The notes under the pieces were generated by a model. It was not told the origin of the DNA. It made no database searches and was given only the letters and a program-made list of their open reading frames with translations. A stretch of 25,295 nt of DNA from a virus. Lineage: Duplodnaviria; Caudoviricetes. Position 1 is the first letter of the stretch, and each line of letters starts with the position of its first letter. Shown here piece after piece: positions 8,757 to 17,865 of the stretch. Position numbers and translations under genes: made by a program. The stretch lies in the IMG/VR virus record IMGVR_UViG_3300020045_000693, positions 1 to 25,295 of that record; one strand, given 5' to 3'.

Positions 8757-9587
8757 ATGGCATGGTATGACGATATTCTCGACCCTAGCACCTGGACCGC
8801 TCAGGGCGTTGGAACTGCTGCGGCTGGCCTTGGTTTGATTGGTGGTCTGACTGGCACTCAGAAGGCTCCGGCAACGCCAGACTATGCAGGATTGGCTGCT
8901 GCTGATACGCAAGCCAACCGGGTGAATCAGGTTACTCCTTATGGATCGTCTACTTGGTCGCAGAACGGGAACCAGTGGACAAACACACAATCCCTGTCTC
9001 CCGCTCAACAGGCGTTACTTGACCAGTCCAACCAACTGAAAAGCAACCAAGGCAACTTGGCTCTTGGTTTGTCTGGAAAGCTCGGCTCTACGCTGAACGG
9101 CGCAATGCCTAGCGTGTACGACCCGACACAAGCAACCAATCAAGCCACTGACCAACTGATGGCCCGCATCAACCCGATGCTAGATCGTCAAGGCAATCAA
9201 CTGAATACACAGTTAGCCAATCAAGGTATCACGCAAGGCTCTGAAGCTTGGAAGAACGCACAAAGCGACTTCGGCAATCAGCGCAATGACGCCTACACGC
9301 AAGCAGCCTTACAGGGCATCAACATGGGCCAGTCTCAACAGGCGCAGCAGTACAGCCAAGGCATGACGAACCGCAATCAACCTCTGAACGAGTTGAACGC
9401 CTTGCAGAATGGTTCGCAAGTGACTAACCCGACATTCTCCACTGCTCCAACGGCATCCAGCCAAGTGACTGCCGGACAGAACAGCTACAACGCGGCTCTT
9501 GGTGGCGTCAACGCGAACAACGCGAACAACAACAACACCTCACAAGGTTTGTTCGGCCTCGGTACAACGCTATTTAACAGCAAGTAA
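8757..9587 (+). CDS. DNA ejection/pilot protein
   Basis: APATPDY, ANRVNQVTPYGS and LANQGITQGSEAW motifs; Q/N-rich; AAGGA RBS. Confidence 0.7.
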   Translation: MAWYDDILDPSTWTAQGVGTAAAGLGLIGGLTGTQKAPATPDYAGLAAADTQANRVNQVTPYGSSTWSQNGNQWTNTQSLSPAQQALLDQSNQLKSNQGNLALGLSGKLGSTLNGAMPSVYDPTQATNQATDQLMARINPMLDRQGNQLNTQLANQGITQGSEAWKNAQSDFGNQRNDAYTQAALQGINMGQSQQAQQYSQGMTNRNQPLNELNALQNGSQVTNPTFSTAPTASSQVTAGQNSYNAALGGVNANNANNNNTSQGLFGLGTTLFNSK

Positions 9588-9590
9588 GCC

Positions 9591-10862
9591 ATGCCAATAC
9601 AAGACACATCAGACTTCACCGTTCAGCAGGCGCAACTGGCCCGGCGTCAGCAAATGGCCGACATGCTGCGCAAGCAGTCTATGGAGCAATCATCTGGCGA
9701 CATGGTGAGCGGTCATTACATCGCCCCTTCGTGGTCGCAGGGTCTTAACAAGATGGCGCAGGCTCTTGTGGGCAACAAGATGCAGGGCGAGGTTGACTCT
9801 GGTCAGAAAGCCTTGGCGGACGCTGTACGTGGCAAGACTAACGAAGAGTGGGCCGGTGTTTCCTCTGACCTCGCAGGACGCGAAGCCATTGCACAACCAG
9901 AAGAGGGTCAGCAAGGACCCTGGATGCCCGCACAGCCCGCCAATCCTGCCGCTGCGTACTCTCGCGCCTTGCAATCGCAAGACCCATCCCTAAAGCAGTT
10001 TGGCATGCAAGGTCTAGCCAAGATGCCGGAAATGCAGGCGCAGCAACAAGAGCGTGTAGACAACCGCGCATGGCGCACACAAGAGGCAGAAGCAGCCCGT
10101 GCAGCCCGTGCGGAAGAGTTGAAGGCGCGAATGGAAGACCAGCGTGCAAGTCAAGCGGAACGCCTGCAAGCACAGAAGGAACTGCGCGAGATGATGATTC
10201 AAGCGCAGCGCGACACACAGCGGGCTATTGCTGCCAATCGTCCCGCGCCACAAGCGCAGATCATCCAAACGGCTGAAGGCCCCGCACAGTTGATAAATGG
10301 CCGTGCTGTTCCAATTGTTGGCCCGGATGGCAAGCCAGTGCAAGGCGCAAAGAATACTGCCGTGAACCTGTCTCCAATCGCTCAAAAGGAAATGTTTGAA
10401 GCGGATGATGCTGTTCAGGCTGGAAATTCAGCCATCAACTCTCTCAATCAAGCGCTCAAGTTGAACAAAGAAGCCTACTCAGGCTATGGCGCTGGAGTCC
10501 GGGCAAAAGTTGCAAGCAATCTTCCAGGCACATACAAGGGAGCGGATGCAACAGTCGCAATGGACAACATCATCCAAGACCAAGCCCTTGCGTCCATGAA
10601 GTCAATTTTCGGCGGCAACCCCACAGAGGGGGAGCGTGCGATTTTGCTTGAGTTGCAAGCATCGTCCAGCAAGACGCCAGAGCAGAGAGAAGCAATCCTG
10701 AATAGGGCTATTGCATCTGCCAATAACCGCATCAACTTCAACCAACAAAAAGCCGAATCCTTGCGCGGCGGAACCTACATGAAACCGGGTGGCGCTCCCG
10801 CTTCTCCCGCCGCTCCTGCTGCACCAAGTAACAATAAACCCGCAACCGTGAGTAACTGGTAA
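9591..10862 (+). CDS. DNA ejection/internal virion protein
   Basis: LARRQQMADML..Q...MVSGHYIAPSW start; coiled coil; second gene of the ejection block. Confidence 0.65.
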   Translation: MPIQDTSDFTVQQAQLARRQQMADMLRKQSMEQSSGDMVSGHYIAPSWSQGLNKMAQALVGNKMQGEVDSGQKALADAVRGKTNEEWAGVSSDLAGREAIAQPEEGQQGPWMPAQPANPAAAYSRALQSQDPSLKQFGMQGLAKMPEMQAQQQERVDNRAWRTQEAEAARAARAEELKARMEDQRASQAERLQAQKELREMMIQAQRDTQRAIAANRPAPQAQIIQTAEGPAQLINGRAVPIVGPDGKPVQGAKNTAVNLSPIAQKEMFEADDAVQAGNSAINSLNQALKLNKEAYSGYGAGVRAKVASNLPGTYKGADATVAMDNIIQDQALASMKSIFGGNPTEGERAILLELQASSSKTPEQREAILNRAIASANNRINFNQQKAESLRGGTYMKPGGAPASPAAPAAPSNNKPATVSNW

Positions 10863-12655
10863 TGCCGCGCAATATCACGATCACTTTTGATGATGGCACT
10901 AGCCATACATATCAGAATGCGCCAGATACGCTTACGCCCCAAGATGTGCAAGGCAGGGCTGAAAAGGACTTCGGCAAGGCTGTAACTGGCATTGATGGTG
11001 GAAAACAGTCTGCACCGCAGACAACTGTGATGCAAGACGTTAAGCAAGGCGCTGGAAATCTTGCTGCTGGCCTGCTGCGTGGTGCTGGCTCTATTGGTGC
11101 AACTATTCTTGCCCCGATTGACATGGCAAAAGACGCAATGGACGGCAAAGGCTTGTCTCTTGAGTCAAACCGCCAACGTCGTGCAGACATGGACGCGGGC
11201 TTGCAGACTATGGGCGCAGAGACTGATTCAATGCTCTACAAGGGCGGCAAGTTGGCTGGCGAGGTTGCTGGTACTGCCGGTGCTGGTGGCGCTGCTGCCA
11301 ATGTGCTGACAAAGGTAGCGCCTCGCGTTGCTGCGGCTGCTCCTGCCTTGGTTGATGCCTTGCGCACTGGTGGCATGTCTGCCAATGGCGCAACTGGTAC
11401 GGCTGGTGTCGCGACTCGTGCGGCTGGTGGCGCGATAAATGGCGCAATCTCTGCTGGCATGGTAAATCCTGAAGAAGCAGGAACAGGCTTGCTGATTGGA
11501 GGCGCTTTACCTGGCGTTGTCCAATTGGCTGGCAAAGCAGGTACTGCAATCGGAAACTCGTCTGCTGGCAAACTTGCAGAGCGCCTGAAAGACTTCTCCC
11601 GTAATGCGCCAAAGAACGACACGGTGCGTGAGTCTATCGAGGTAGGCTATCAAATCCCGCCGAACATGGTTAAGCCATCTCTCGGAAATCAGGTGATTGA
11701 GTCTATCTCTGGCAAACAGGCGACACAGCAACTGGCGTCTGTGCATAACGCACAAGTGACAGATGGGCTGGCCCGTAAGGCTCTAGGTTTGGCTGATGAT
11801 GCACCACTGACCAAAGAGGCAATGCAGGCTTACCGTGCAGCAGAACATGCCGCAGGATATGAGCCAGTGCGTCAACTTGGAACAGTCCAGACGGATAACG
11901 CATTCACTCAAGCATTGGATGACGTAGCGGCAAAGTACACCGGCAAAGGGACTATTCCTGCTGTTCAGCGCAACGACATTAAAGCAATCGTTGACTCGCA
12001 CAAGTCTGGCGGGTTTGATGCTGGTGACGCAGTGGACGCAATGAAGCTATTGCGGGAGAGTGCAGACGAGGCTTTCCGCAAGGGTGATACAGCCATCGGC
12101 AAGGCTTACAAGGAAATCTCAAAAGCCTATGAGGATGTGATCGAGCGCGACCTGCAAAAGTCTGGACAGGCTGATTTGCTAGCCGCTTTCAGGAAGTCAC
12201 GCCAGAACATGGCAAAGAGCTTCACTGTAGAGAATGCGATTGTTGACGGTAGCGGAGGGATCAACCCTCAGAAGTTAGCTGCCCAACTGCAAAAGGGTAA
12301 GCCTCTGTCTGGTGAATTGCTGACTGCTGCAAAGTTCGCCAACACCTTTAAGACGGTGGCAAAGCCCCTGGAGCAAGTTGGAAGCCCTGCCTCTCATAAC
12401 CTCAAGTCGATGGCATCTGCGTTGATGGGAAGTGGTGGATTCGCTGCTGCTGGGCCTGCTGGTCTGGCTGCTGCTGCCGTGCCGTTTGTAGCCCCTGCTG
12501 TTGCTCGGTCTGCAATGTTCAGGAAGGGCGCACAAGAGGCGCTTGTCAACAGGGCTCCAACGCTGTCCAACGCTGCAAAGCTAGGCGCAGCACTGAACAA
12601 CAAGACCGCACAGCAAATGCTACTGCGCAGCGCCCCGGCTATTTCCGCCCAATAG
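10862..12655 (+). CDS. Large DNA ejection/transfer protein
   Basis: 597 aa with A/G-rich hydrophobic stretches; last and largest gene of the ejection block. Confidence 0.65.
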   Translation: MPRNITITFDDGTSHTYQNAPDTLTPQDVQGRAEKDFGKAVTGIDGGKQSAPQTTVMQDVKQGAGNLAAGLLRGAGSIGATILAPIDMAKDAMDGKGLSLESNRQRRADMDAGLQTMGAETDSMLYKGGKLAGEVAGTAGAGGAAANVLTKVAPRVAAAAPALVDALRTGGMSANGATGTAGVATRAAGGAINGAISAGMVNPEEAGTGLLIGGALPGVVQLAGKAGTAIGNSSAGKLAERLKDFSRNAPKNDTVRESIEVGYQIPPNMVKPSLGNQVIESISGKQATQQLASVHNAQVTDGLARKALGLADDAPLTKEAMQAYRAAEHAAGYEPVRQLGTVQTDNAFTQALDDVAAKYTGKGTIPAVQRNDIKAIVDSHKSGGFDAGDAVDAMKLLRESADEAFRKGDTAIGKAYKEISKAYEDVIERDLQKSGQADLLAAFRKSRQNMAKSFTVENAIVDGSGGINPQKLAAQLQKGKPLSGELLTAAKFANTFKTVAKPLEQVGSPASHNLKSMASALMGSGGFAAAGPAGLAAAAVPFVAPAVARSAMFRKGAQEALVNRAPTLSNAAKLGAALNNKTAQQMLLRSAPAISAQ

Positions 12656-12731
12656 CGGCAAAAAAGTTCCACAGGAAGGCTAGTACCGCAAGTGCTATCA
12701 GCTTCCACCACATGAATTCAGTGAACTCCAT
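12639..12731 (-). CDS. 30-aa single-TM peptide MEFTEFMWWKLIALAVLAFLWNFFAAIGRK (absent from the ORF track)
   Basis: ATG at 12731 preceded by a G-run RBS; TAG at 12639-12641; one clean hydrophobic helix and a basic tail; fills the intergenic gap. Confidence 0.7.
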   Translation of the reverse strand: MEFTEFMWWKLIALAVLAFLWNFFAAIGRK

Positions 12732-12740
12732 AAACCCCCC

Positions 12741-12764
12741 AAAGCGCCCATTGTGGCGCTTTTT
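12741..12764 (+). terminator. Intrinsic terminator-like hairpin
   Basis: AAAGCGCC-CATTGT-GGCGCTTT followed by TT. Confidence 0.75.
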
Positions 12765-12779
12765 CATTTAAGGATCAAC

Positions 12780-13838
12780 ATGCCTTTTTCTGGCGCAGGC
12801 AGCTTTGCCCCATACACCCCCGGAAACCCTGTAGTTTCCGGCACAACCATTAGCTCGTCAGCCTTCAATAACACGATTCAGGACATTGCAACTGGTCTTG
12901 GCAATACTGTTACGCGGGACGGTCAAAGCCCACCGACTGCTGATCTTCCAATGGCAAGCCACAAGCTAACAGGGTTGGCCGCTGGCTCTGCTGCTTTAGA
13001 TTCCGTCCGTTTTGACCAGATTCCAAGCGCATCCACTCCTTTGGCAATTGGGTCTGGTGGAACTGGGGCGATTACTGCGCCGTTGGCATTGGTAGCGCTT
13101 GGTGCTGCACCATTGGCTGGCCCGGTGTTCACGGGCGATCCTCAAGCCCCAACGCCGTCTACATCTGATAACGATACTTCCATTGCAACAACGGCTTTTG
13201 TGAAGGCCGGAGGTCGGCTACTCAACGTCACGGCATACACAAGCAGCACAACCTATGCAAAGTCTGTAAACAACCCCACTTTCATTTTGGTTGAAGTGCA
13301 AGGTGGTGGTGGTGGCGGTGGCGGTGTTGCTGCTGTGGCTGGAACCAATGCAGCGGGCGGCTCGGCAGGTGGATACGCTCAACGAATCATCCCTGCATCA
13401 TCCTTAGCAGCATCGGAAACCATCACTATCGGCATTGCTGGCACGGGCGGCGCTATTGGCGCAACGGGTGGCGCAGGCGGCAATTCCTCATTTGGCACAT
13501 GGGCGGTTGCAACGGGTGGCGGTGGTGGCGTCGGAAATTCATCGTCAACGGCTGGTGTTGGTGCAAATGCTCCTGGCGTCGGTACTACCGGAACAATTCT
13601 TCTCACTGGTGCCCCTGGTCAATCTGTTGGAGGCTCTGCTAACGCTTCTGCTTGCTACGGCGGGAACGGTGGATCAGGTCACTTTGGAGGCGGTGGTCGT
13701 GCGGGCGCAGGAACGGGCTCTAACGGTATTGCCGGCACGAACGGTGGCGGCGGTGCAGGTGCTTGCACTGATGCGGCTACCCCTTACACAGGCGCACCTG
13801 GTGGTGCTGGCATGGTCATTGTCTACGAGTACATCTGA
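12780..13838 (+). CDS. Tail fibre with glycine-rich C-terminal domain
   Basis: ATG 12780 after AAGGA. N-terminal GNPVVSGTTISS...TRDGQS anchor, fibre repeat FTGDPQAPT...IATTAFV, EVQGGGGGGG and GGAGMVIVYEY end. Confidence 0.8.
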   Translation: MPFSGAGSFAPYTPGNPVVSGTTISSSAFNNTIQDIATGLGNTVTRDGQSPPTADLPMASHKLTGLAAGSAALDSVRFDQIPSASTPLAIGSGGTGAITAPLALVALGAAPLAGPVFTGDPQAPTPSTSDNDTSIATTAFVKAGGRLLNVTAYTSSTTYAKSVNNPTFILVEVQGGGGGGGGVAAVAGTNAAGGSAGGYAQRIIPASSLAASETITIGIAGTGGAIGATGGAGGNSSFGTWAVATGGGGGVGNSSSTAGVGANAPGVGTTGTILLTGAPGQSVGGSANASACYGGNGGSGHFGGGGRAGAGTGSNGIAGTNGGGGAGACTDAATPYTGAPGGAGMVIVYEYI

Positions 13839-14182
13839 TGAACTACCTTCCAGACTTCCCCGATTATCTCTGGCAGTCCCTGTTGTTCTATTGGGGCTTT
13901 GCTTGCGCGATCACGATTTACCGCAAATGGCAAAAGGGTGAACTGAACACCTACAACAAAGCTCTGTTCGCGCCCCTGCTGATTGGCTTCTTTGTGGTTG
14001 ACGTGTGGATCAACTGGACGGTTCTTTTCACGCTCATGGGCAGACCTCCTGCCGGTACGAAAACCATATCAGAACGCTTTGAGATTTACCGGCTGATGGA
14101 CTTTGGCTGGAAGACAAAGGTAGCTGACTTTGTGTGCACAAAGTTGCTGAACACGATTGACCCCGTAGGGAGCCACTGCTAA
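13838..14182 (+). CDS. Conserved phage membrane-associated protein
   Basis: Hydrophobic segments; DVWINWT, TISER and C..LL..IDP.GSHC pattern; translationally coupled on both sides. Confidence 0.7.
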   Translation: MNYLPDFPDYLWQSLLFYWGFACAITIYRKWQKGELNTYNKALFAPLLIGFFVVDVWINWTVLFTLMGRPPAGTKTISERFEIYRLMDFGWKTKVADFVCTKLLNTIDPVGSHC

Positions 14183-14487
14183 TGACTATCTCTGAATCTG
14201 ATTTCGCAGGGATCGAGCGCAGGCTCAGTCCTAAAGAGTCTTGGCACTTGGATAAGAAAGTACCCATCGCCCTAATCATTGCAATGCTGACGCAGTTTGC
14301 TGGCGTGATCTGGTTCATCGGTCAGCTTGCCAAAGACATTGAACTGCTTAAAGCAGATACAGCGGTTTTGCACCAGCGAGACACGCAGCAGACAGACAGC
14401 CTGAAAGAAGCTTTGAAGTTGATGCAAGACCAGTTCCAGCGCCTTGACGCAAAGCTAGACCGCCTTATCGAGAGGGGTAGCAAATGA
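14182..14487 (+). CDS. Single-TM coiled-coil protein, holin/antiholin candidate
   Basis: WHLDKKVPIALII TM segment plus a coiled coil; directly upstream of the endolysin. Confidence 0.6.
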   Translation: MTISESDFAGIERRLSPKESWHLDKKVPIALIIAMLTQFAGVIWFIGQLAKDIELLKADTAVLHQRDTQQTDSLKEALKLMQDQFQRLDAKLDRLIERGSK

Positions 14488-14930
14488 AGATCAACAAAGA
14501 AGGGTTTGAGCTTGTAAAGCACTTCGAGGGATGCTCTCTGGTGGCTTATCCTGATCCAGCCACAAACGGAGAGCCCATCAGCATCGGTTATGGCCACACA
14601 GGTAACGTCAAGATGGGCAGCTACATCTCGCAGGACATGGCAGAAACCCTGCTGCTGCGCGACCTCGCAAAGTTTGAGGATGGCGTGGCATCGCTGATCC
14701 ATACGCAAGTCACAAGCGACCAGTTCAGCGCATGTGTTTGCCTGGCCTACAACATCGGGCTAGGAAACTTCGGCAGTTCCACACTGTTGCGCATGATTAA
14801 CGCTGACAGTGCATTAGCTGCTGCTGACCAATTCCTACGCTGGGACAAGGCCGCTGGCAAGGTCATGGCTGGACTCACAAAGCGCCGCAAGGCTGAACGC
14901 AAGTTGTACCTTGGGGAGTCTTGGAAATGA
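14484..14930 (+). CDS. Endolysin, GH24 (T4 lysozyme-like) muramidase
   Basis: FEG....YPD.......SIGYGHT, AYNIG and GLTKRRKAER motifs. Confidence 0.93.
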   Translation: MKINKEGFELVKHFEGCSLVAYPDPATNGEPISIGYGHTGNVKMGSYISQDMAETLLLRDLAKFEDGVASLIHTQVTSDQFSACVCLAYNIGLGNFGSSTLLRMINADSALAAADQFLRWDKAAGKVMAGLTKRRKAERKLYLGESWK

Positions 14931-15451
14931 ACGACTTTATAGCGTCCATTGCTCCTACCCTTGCAAGCGCATTGCTCGGTCCTCTTGGAGGGGTTGCGGT
15001 TGCCGGACTTGGGAAGATTCTCGGCATTGATGGGGCGACACAGAAAGACATTGCAAAGGCAATCGAGTCTGGCCGGGTAACTCCTGAGCAACTTGCAGAA
15101 ATTAAGAAGCTTGAATTGCAACTTAAGAACGAAGAAGCAGAGCGCGGTTTTAAGTATTCCGAATTGCAATTCAAAGACACGGCTTCTGCGCGTGATATGC
15201 AGATGGCTACTCGCTCCTACACACCCTCCGTGCTTACGGGGATTGTTGTCACGCTGACACTGGCGGCTGAAGGTGCAATGCTTTTCAATGCCATCCCTCC
15301 AGGCGCTGACCCAATTATTCTTGGGCGCATCTTGGGGACGATGGACGGTGCGCTCATGTTGGTCCTGGGATTCTGGTTTGGGTCATCTAACGGAAGTCAA
15401 AACAAAGACGCCTTGCTTGCTAACTCTATGCCATCAAAAACCGAAAGGTAA
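14927..15451 (+). CDS. Holin candidate (GTA/3TM-holin-like)
   Basis: APTLASALLGPLGG, DTASARDMQ, two C-terminal TM segments and FWFGSS; ATGA overlap with the endolysin stop. Confidence 0.7.
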   Translation: MNDFIASIAPTLASALLGPLGGVAVAGLGKILGIDGATQKDIAKAIESGRVTPEQLAEIKKLELQLKNEEAERGFKYSELQFKDTASARDMQMATRSYTPSVLTGIVVTLTLAAEGAMLFNAIPPGADPIILGRILGTMDGALMLVLGFWFGSSNGSQNKDALLANSMPSKTER

Positions 15452-15454
15452 ACC

Positions 15455-15631
15455 ATGCGCTACCTTCTCGCTCTCTCTGCCCTTCTGTGCCATTCGGCAA
15501 TCGCAGAAGACCAGCCTTACAAGATCAGAGTCCAGTGCGAGGATGAATACATCGTCGTGCAAGTGGCAATGATTAAACCCGGCCTAGTGGCTTTCAAAAT
15601 CCCTCACTCTTACTGCGGCTCAGACGTATGA
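15455..15631 (+). CDS. 58-aa secreted protein (absent from the ORF track)
   Basis: MRYLLALSALLCHSAIA|EDQPYK...YCGSDV: signal peptide with an AxA site; ATGA-coupled to the next gene. Confidence 0.65.
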   Translation: MRYLLALSALLCHSAIAEDQPYKIRVQCEDEYIVVQVAMIKPGLVAFKIPHSYCGSDV

Positions 15632-15990
15632 CCAAGAAGTCAAGAAACGCGCCTACTGCCGAGCAAGTTGAGTCATTCTTTAGCTACGTGGCTGACTATC
15701 AGGTGCTATTAAACCTGCAAGACTGGCGCATAGAGCATTCAGGCCGCAAAGCAATGACAGGCGCGCTGGCTGATGTTGGAATCTCCTACCCAGACCGTGC
15801 CGCGTCAATCTCTCTCGGTAGAGACTGGGGCCAGCCCATCACAGATGAAATGCTGCGCTCCACTGCCTTGCATGAAGTTCTGCATGTGTTCTTAAAGCCT
15901 CTGATTGAATCGGCATGCTCTCGGGATGAGTCAGCCATTGACTCAGCAGAACACTCGCTTGTCGTACTGCTGGAGAAGCTACTAGCATGA
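15628..15990 (+). CDS. Small HEXXH (zincin-like) protein
   Basis: ALHEVLHVFL with a downstream EH. Confidence 0.65.
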   Translation: MTKKSRNAPTAEQVESFFSYVADYQVLLNLQDWRIEHSGRKAMTGALADVGISYPDRAASISLGRDWGQPITDEMLRSTALHEVLHVFLKPLIESACSRDESAIDSAEHSLVVLLEKLLA

Positions 15991-16787
15991 AGATATTTGT
16001 CCTACCCGATGTGCAGGCAAAACCCGGCACTGACTTCACCTACCTGACACGCATAGGTACTTACGTGCTGGAGAAGCGGCCCGATGTGATTGTGTGCATC
16101 GGGGACTTTGCTGATATGGCTAGCCTATCAAGCTACGACAAAGGCCGCAGGGCGTTTGAAGGGCGCAGGTTTAACAAGGATGTAGAAGCCTCAAAGGATG
16201 CAATGTGCGCCTTTATGACGCCCATCTGGGAACACAACGACAGGCAGCGCAAGAGCAAGCATGGCCTGTATACGCCTCGCATGGTGATGACACTGGGCAA
16301 CCATGAGGAGCGTATAAATAAGGCCACACAGAGCGATCCAATGCTTTCTGGCCTACTTTCCGTTGACCTTCTTGGCTACGCTGAAGACGGATGGGAAGTC
16401 CACCCCTTCCTAGAGGTTGTTGTGATTGAAGGAGTCGCCTTCTCGCACTACTTCACCACCGGACTGATGGGCAGACCCGCAAGCTCTGCACAGGCTCAGT
16501 TGAACAAGAAGCACATGAGCGTGATTGCAGGCCATCAACAAGGGCTACAGATAGCTAGTGCGTTCAAAGCCGATGGGTCTATGATTTCCAGCATCATTGC
16601 CGGGTCGTGTTACGAGCACGAAGAGGACTACCTTGGACACCAGGGTAACAAGCACTGGCGCGGATGTCTCATGCTTCACGACGTTAGGGATGGCACTTTC
16701 GATCCCATGTTCGTGTCCCTGAACTTCATCAACAACAAATACCCCAATGTGACGATTGGGGAATACACGCAGAAGAAAGCAGCGTAA
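15987..16787 (+). CDS. Calcineurin-like metallophosphoesterase
   Basis: PDVQ, GDFAD, GNHE, FSH and GHQQ motifs. Confidence 0.88.
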   Translation: MKIFVLPDVQAKPGTDFTYLTRIGTYVLEKRPDVIVCIGDFADMASLSSYDKGRRAFEGRRFNKDVEASKDAMCAFMTPIWEHNDRQRKSKHGLYTPRMVMTLGNHEERINKATQSDPMLSGLLSVDLLGYAEDGWEVHPFLEVVVIEGVAFSHYFTTGLMGRPASSAQAQLNKKHMSVIAGHQQGLQIASAFKADGSMISSIIAGSCYEHEEDYLGHQGNKHWRGCLMLHDVRDGTFDPMFVSLNFINNKYPNVTIGEYTQKKAA

Positions 16788-17450
16788 ATGGCAGGACTAC
16801 TAGGCGAAGTTTATAGCTACATCGACTCAAAGAAGCGCGGTCTTCTCGATGCATTCAACAACCCCGGCGATGCGCTACAGCAGTTCGTTGGCAACCTTGG
16901 CGACTCTGTAAACCAGAGCAACGACATGATGCAGCGCACAGGACTTGCTCCTACTGTCTACGGCAAGACCAATGCAACGCAGCAGCAGCAGGCTCTGGCT
17001 CGGGCGCTGATGGCAGAGCAGGGTGCGCAGATGGGCATGGCAGGTGTTGTTGGCTACCACGGCACCATGAACCCAAACTTTGAAAAGTTCAACCTTGATA
17101 ACTTTGGCAAGACAGATCAAGGATGGCTTGGCAAAGGTGTTTATGCGGCAAAAAGCCCAACAGATGCAAGCGCATATGCAATGGTAGATGGGAAACCGGG
17201 AGGTGCAGTTCTTAAGGTTGATATGGACTTAAAGAACCCACTAAACATTGATTGGGAAGCTGCCAACAGGTCTGAAATGCTTTCCAGGCGCAGAGAGCTT
17301 GGCCCTGAAGGTTTCACCGCATGGTTGCAAAAGCAAGGACATGATGGGGTGGTATTTCAAGGCCCAAAGAATTCACTTAACTCAGCCGGTGAGCGTGACA
17401 TTCAGTACATGGCAATTGACCCGCAAGTGGTTAAGCAGATCAACTATTGA
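16788..17450 (+). CDS. Low-complexity leader fused to an ADP-ribosyltransferase-like (ART-PolyVal-like) domain
   Basis: YHGT, G.LGKGVY....P..AS.YA, LKNPL, LQKQGHDGV and QYMAIDP.VVK motifs. Confidence 0.7.
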   Translation: MAGLLGEVYSYIDSKKRGLLDAFNNPGDALQQFVGNLGDSVNQSNDMMQRTGLAPTVYGKTNATQQQQALARALMAEQGAQMGMAGVVGYHGTMNPNFEKFNLDNFGKTDQGWLGKGVYAAKSPTDASAYAMVDGKPGGAVLKVDMDLKNPLNIDWEAANRSEMLSRRRELGPEGFTAWLQKQGHDGVVFQGPKNSLNSAGERDIQYMAIDPQVVKQINY

Positions 17451-17573
17451 TGGTGGACGCCTACAGAATCTAACTGTCTTTATGCTGTTTTTTTGAGGCT
17501 GATCAGTTCCTCTTATTACCAGCAACCGCTACAAACGGTTCCCGACTACAACCGGCCTGCGCCCATTTATATT

Positions 17574-17837
17574 CTAGTCCTCTTGCATATTGGAAGCAAG
17601 ACCTAATGACGCATCTATCACCTTGTCTAAGTCTGCTCCCATGAATCTGACATTCAAGCTGTCAGCGTTAGGCAGTTCACGTATCCATTGATAGCGTTTT
17701 GCGTCTTGCTCCAAATTTTTCACTTCCATAATAAGGGCATCAATCCGAACTGCAGCTTCAGTTGTGTGCTTCTTGTTTGGTGCATAGAAACGAAGTTTTG
17801 AGGCGGTTTCTTTTGACTTTTCAATTAGATCATTCAT
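17574..17837 (-). CDS. Phage hypothetical protein with a DAxRYxWxR motif
   Basis: ATG 17837 after GGGAG. LEQDAKRYQWIR...LDKVID resembles the motif in 21633..21950. Confidence 0.7.
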   Translation of the reverse strand: MNDLIEKSKETASKLRFYAPNKKHTTEAAVRIDALIMEVKNLEQDAKRYQWIRELPNADSLNVRFMGADLDKVIDASLGLASNMQED

Positions 17838-17865
17838 AAAACTCCCTTTGGGTTGACACATGCAG

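Noticed and set aside
13300-13810. GGT/GGC-rich repeats as a separate element
   Set aside because: Explained by the glycine-rich tail fibre domain.
17451-17573. Immunity gene or ncRNA downstream of the ART-like gene
   Set aside because: Only very short ORFs and weak hairpins in a convergent intergenic gap; nothing supportable.
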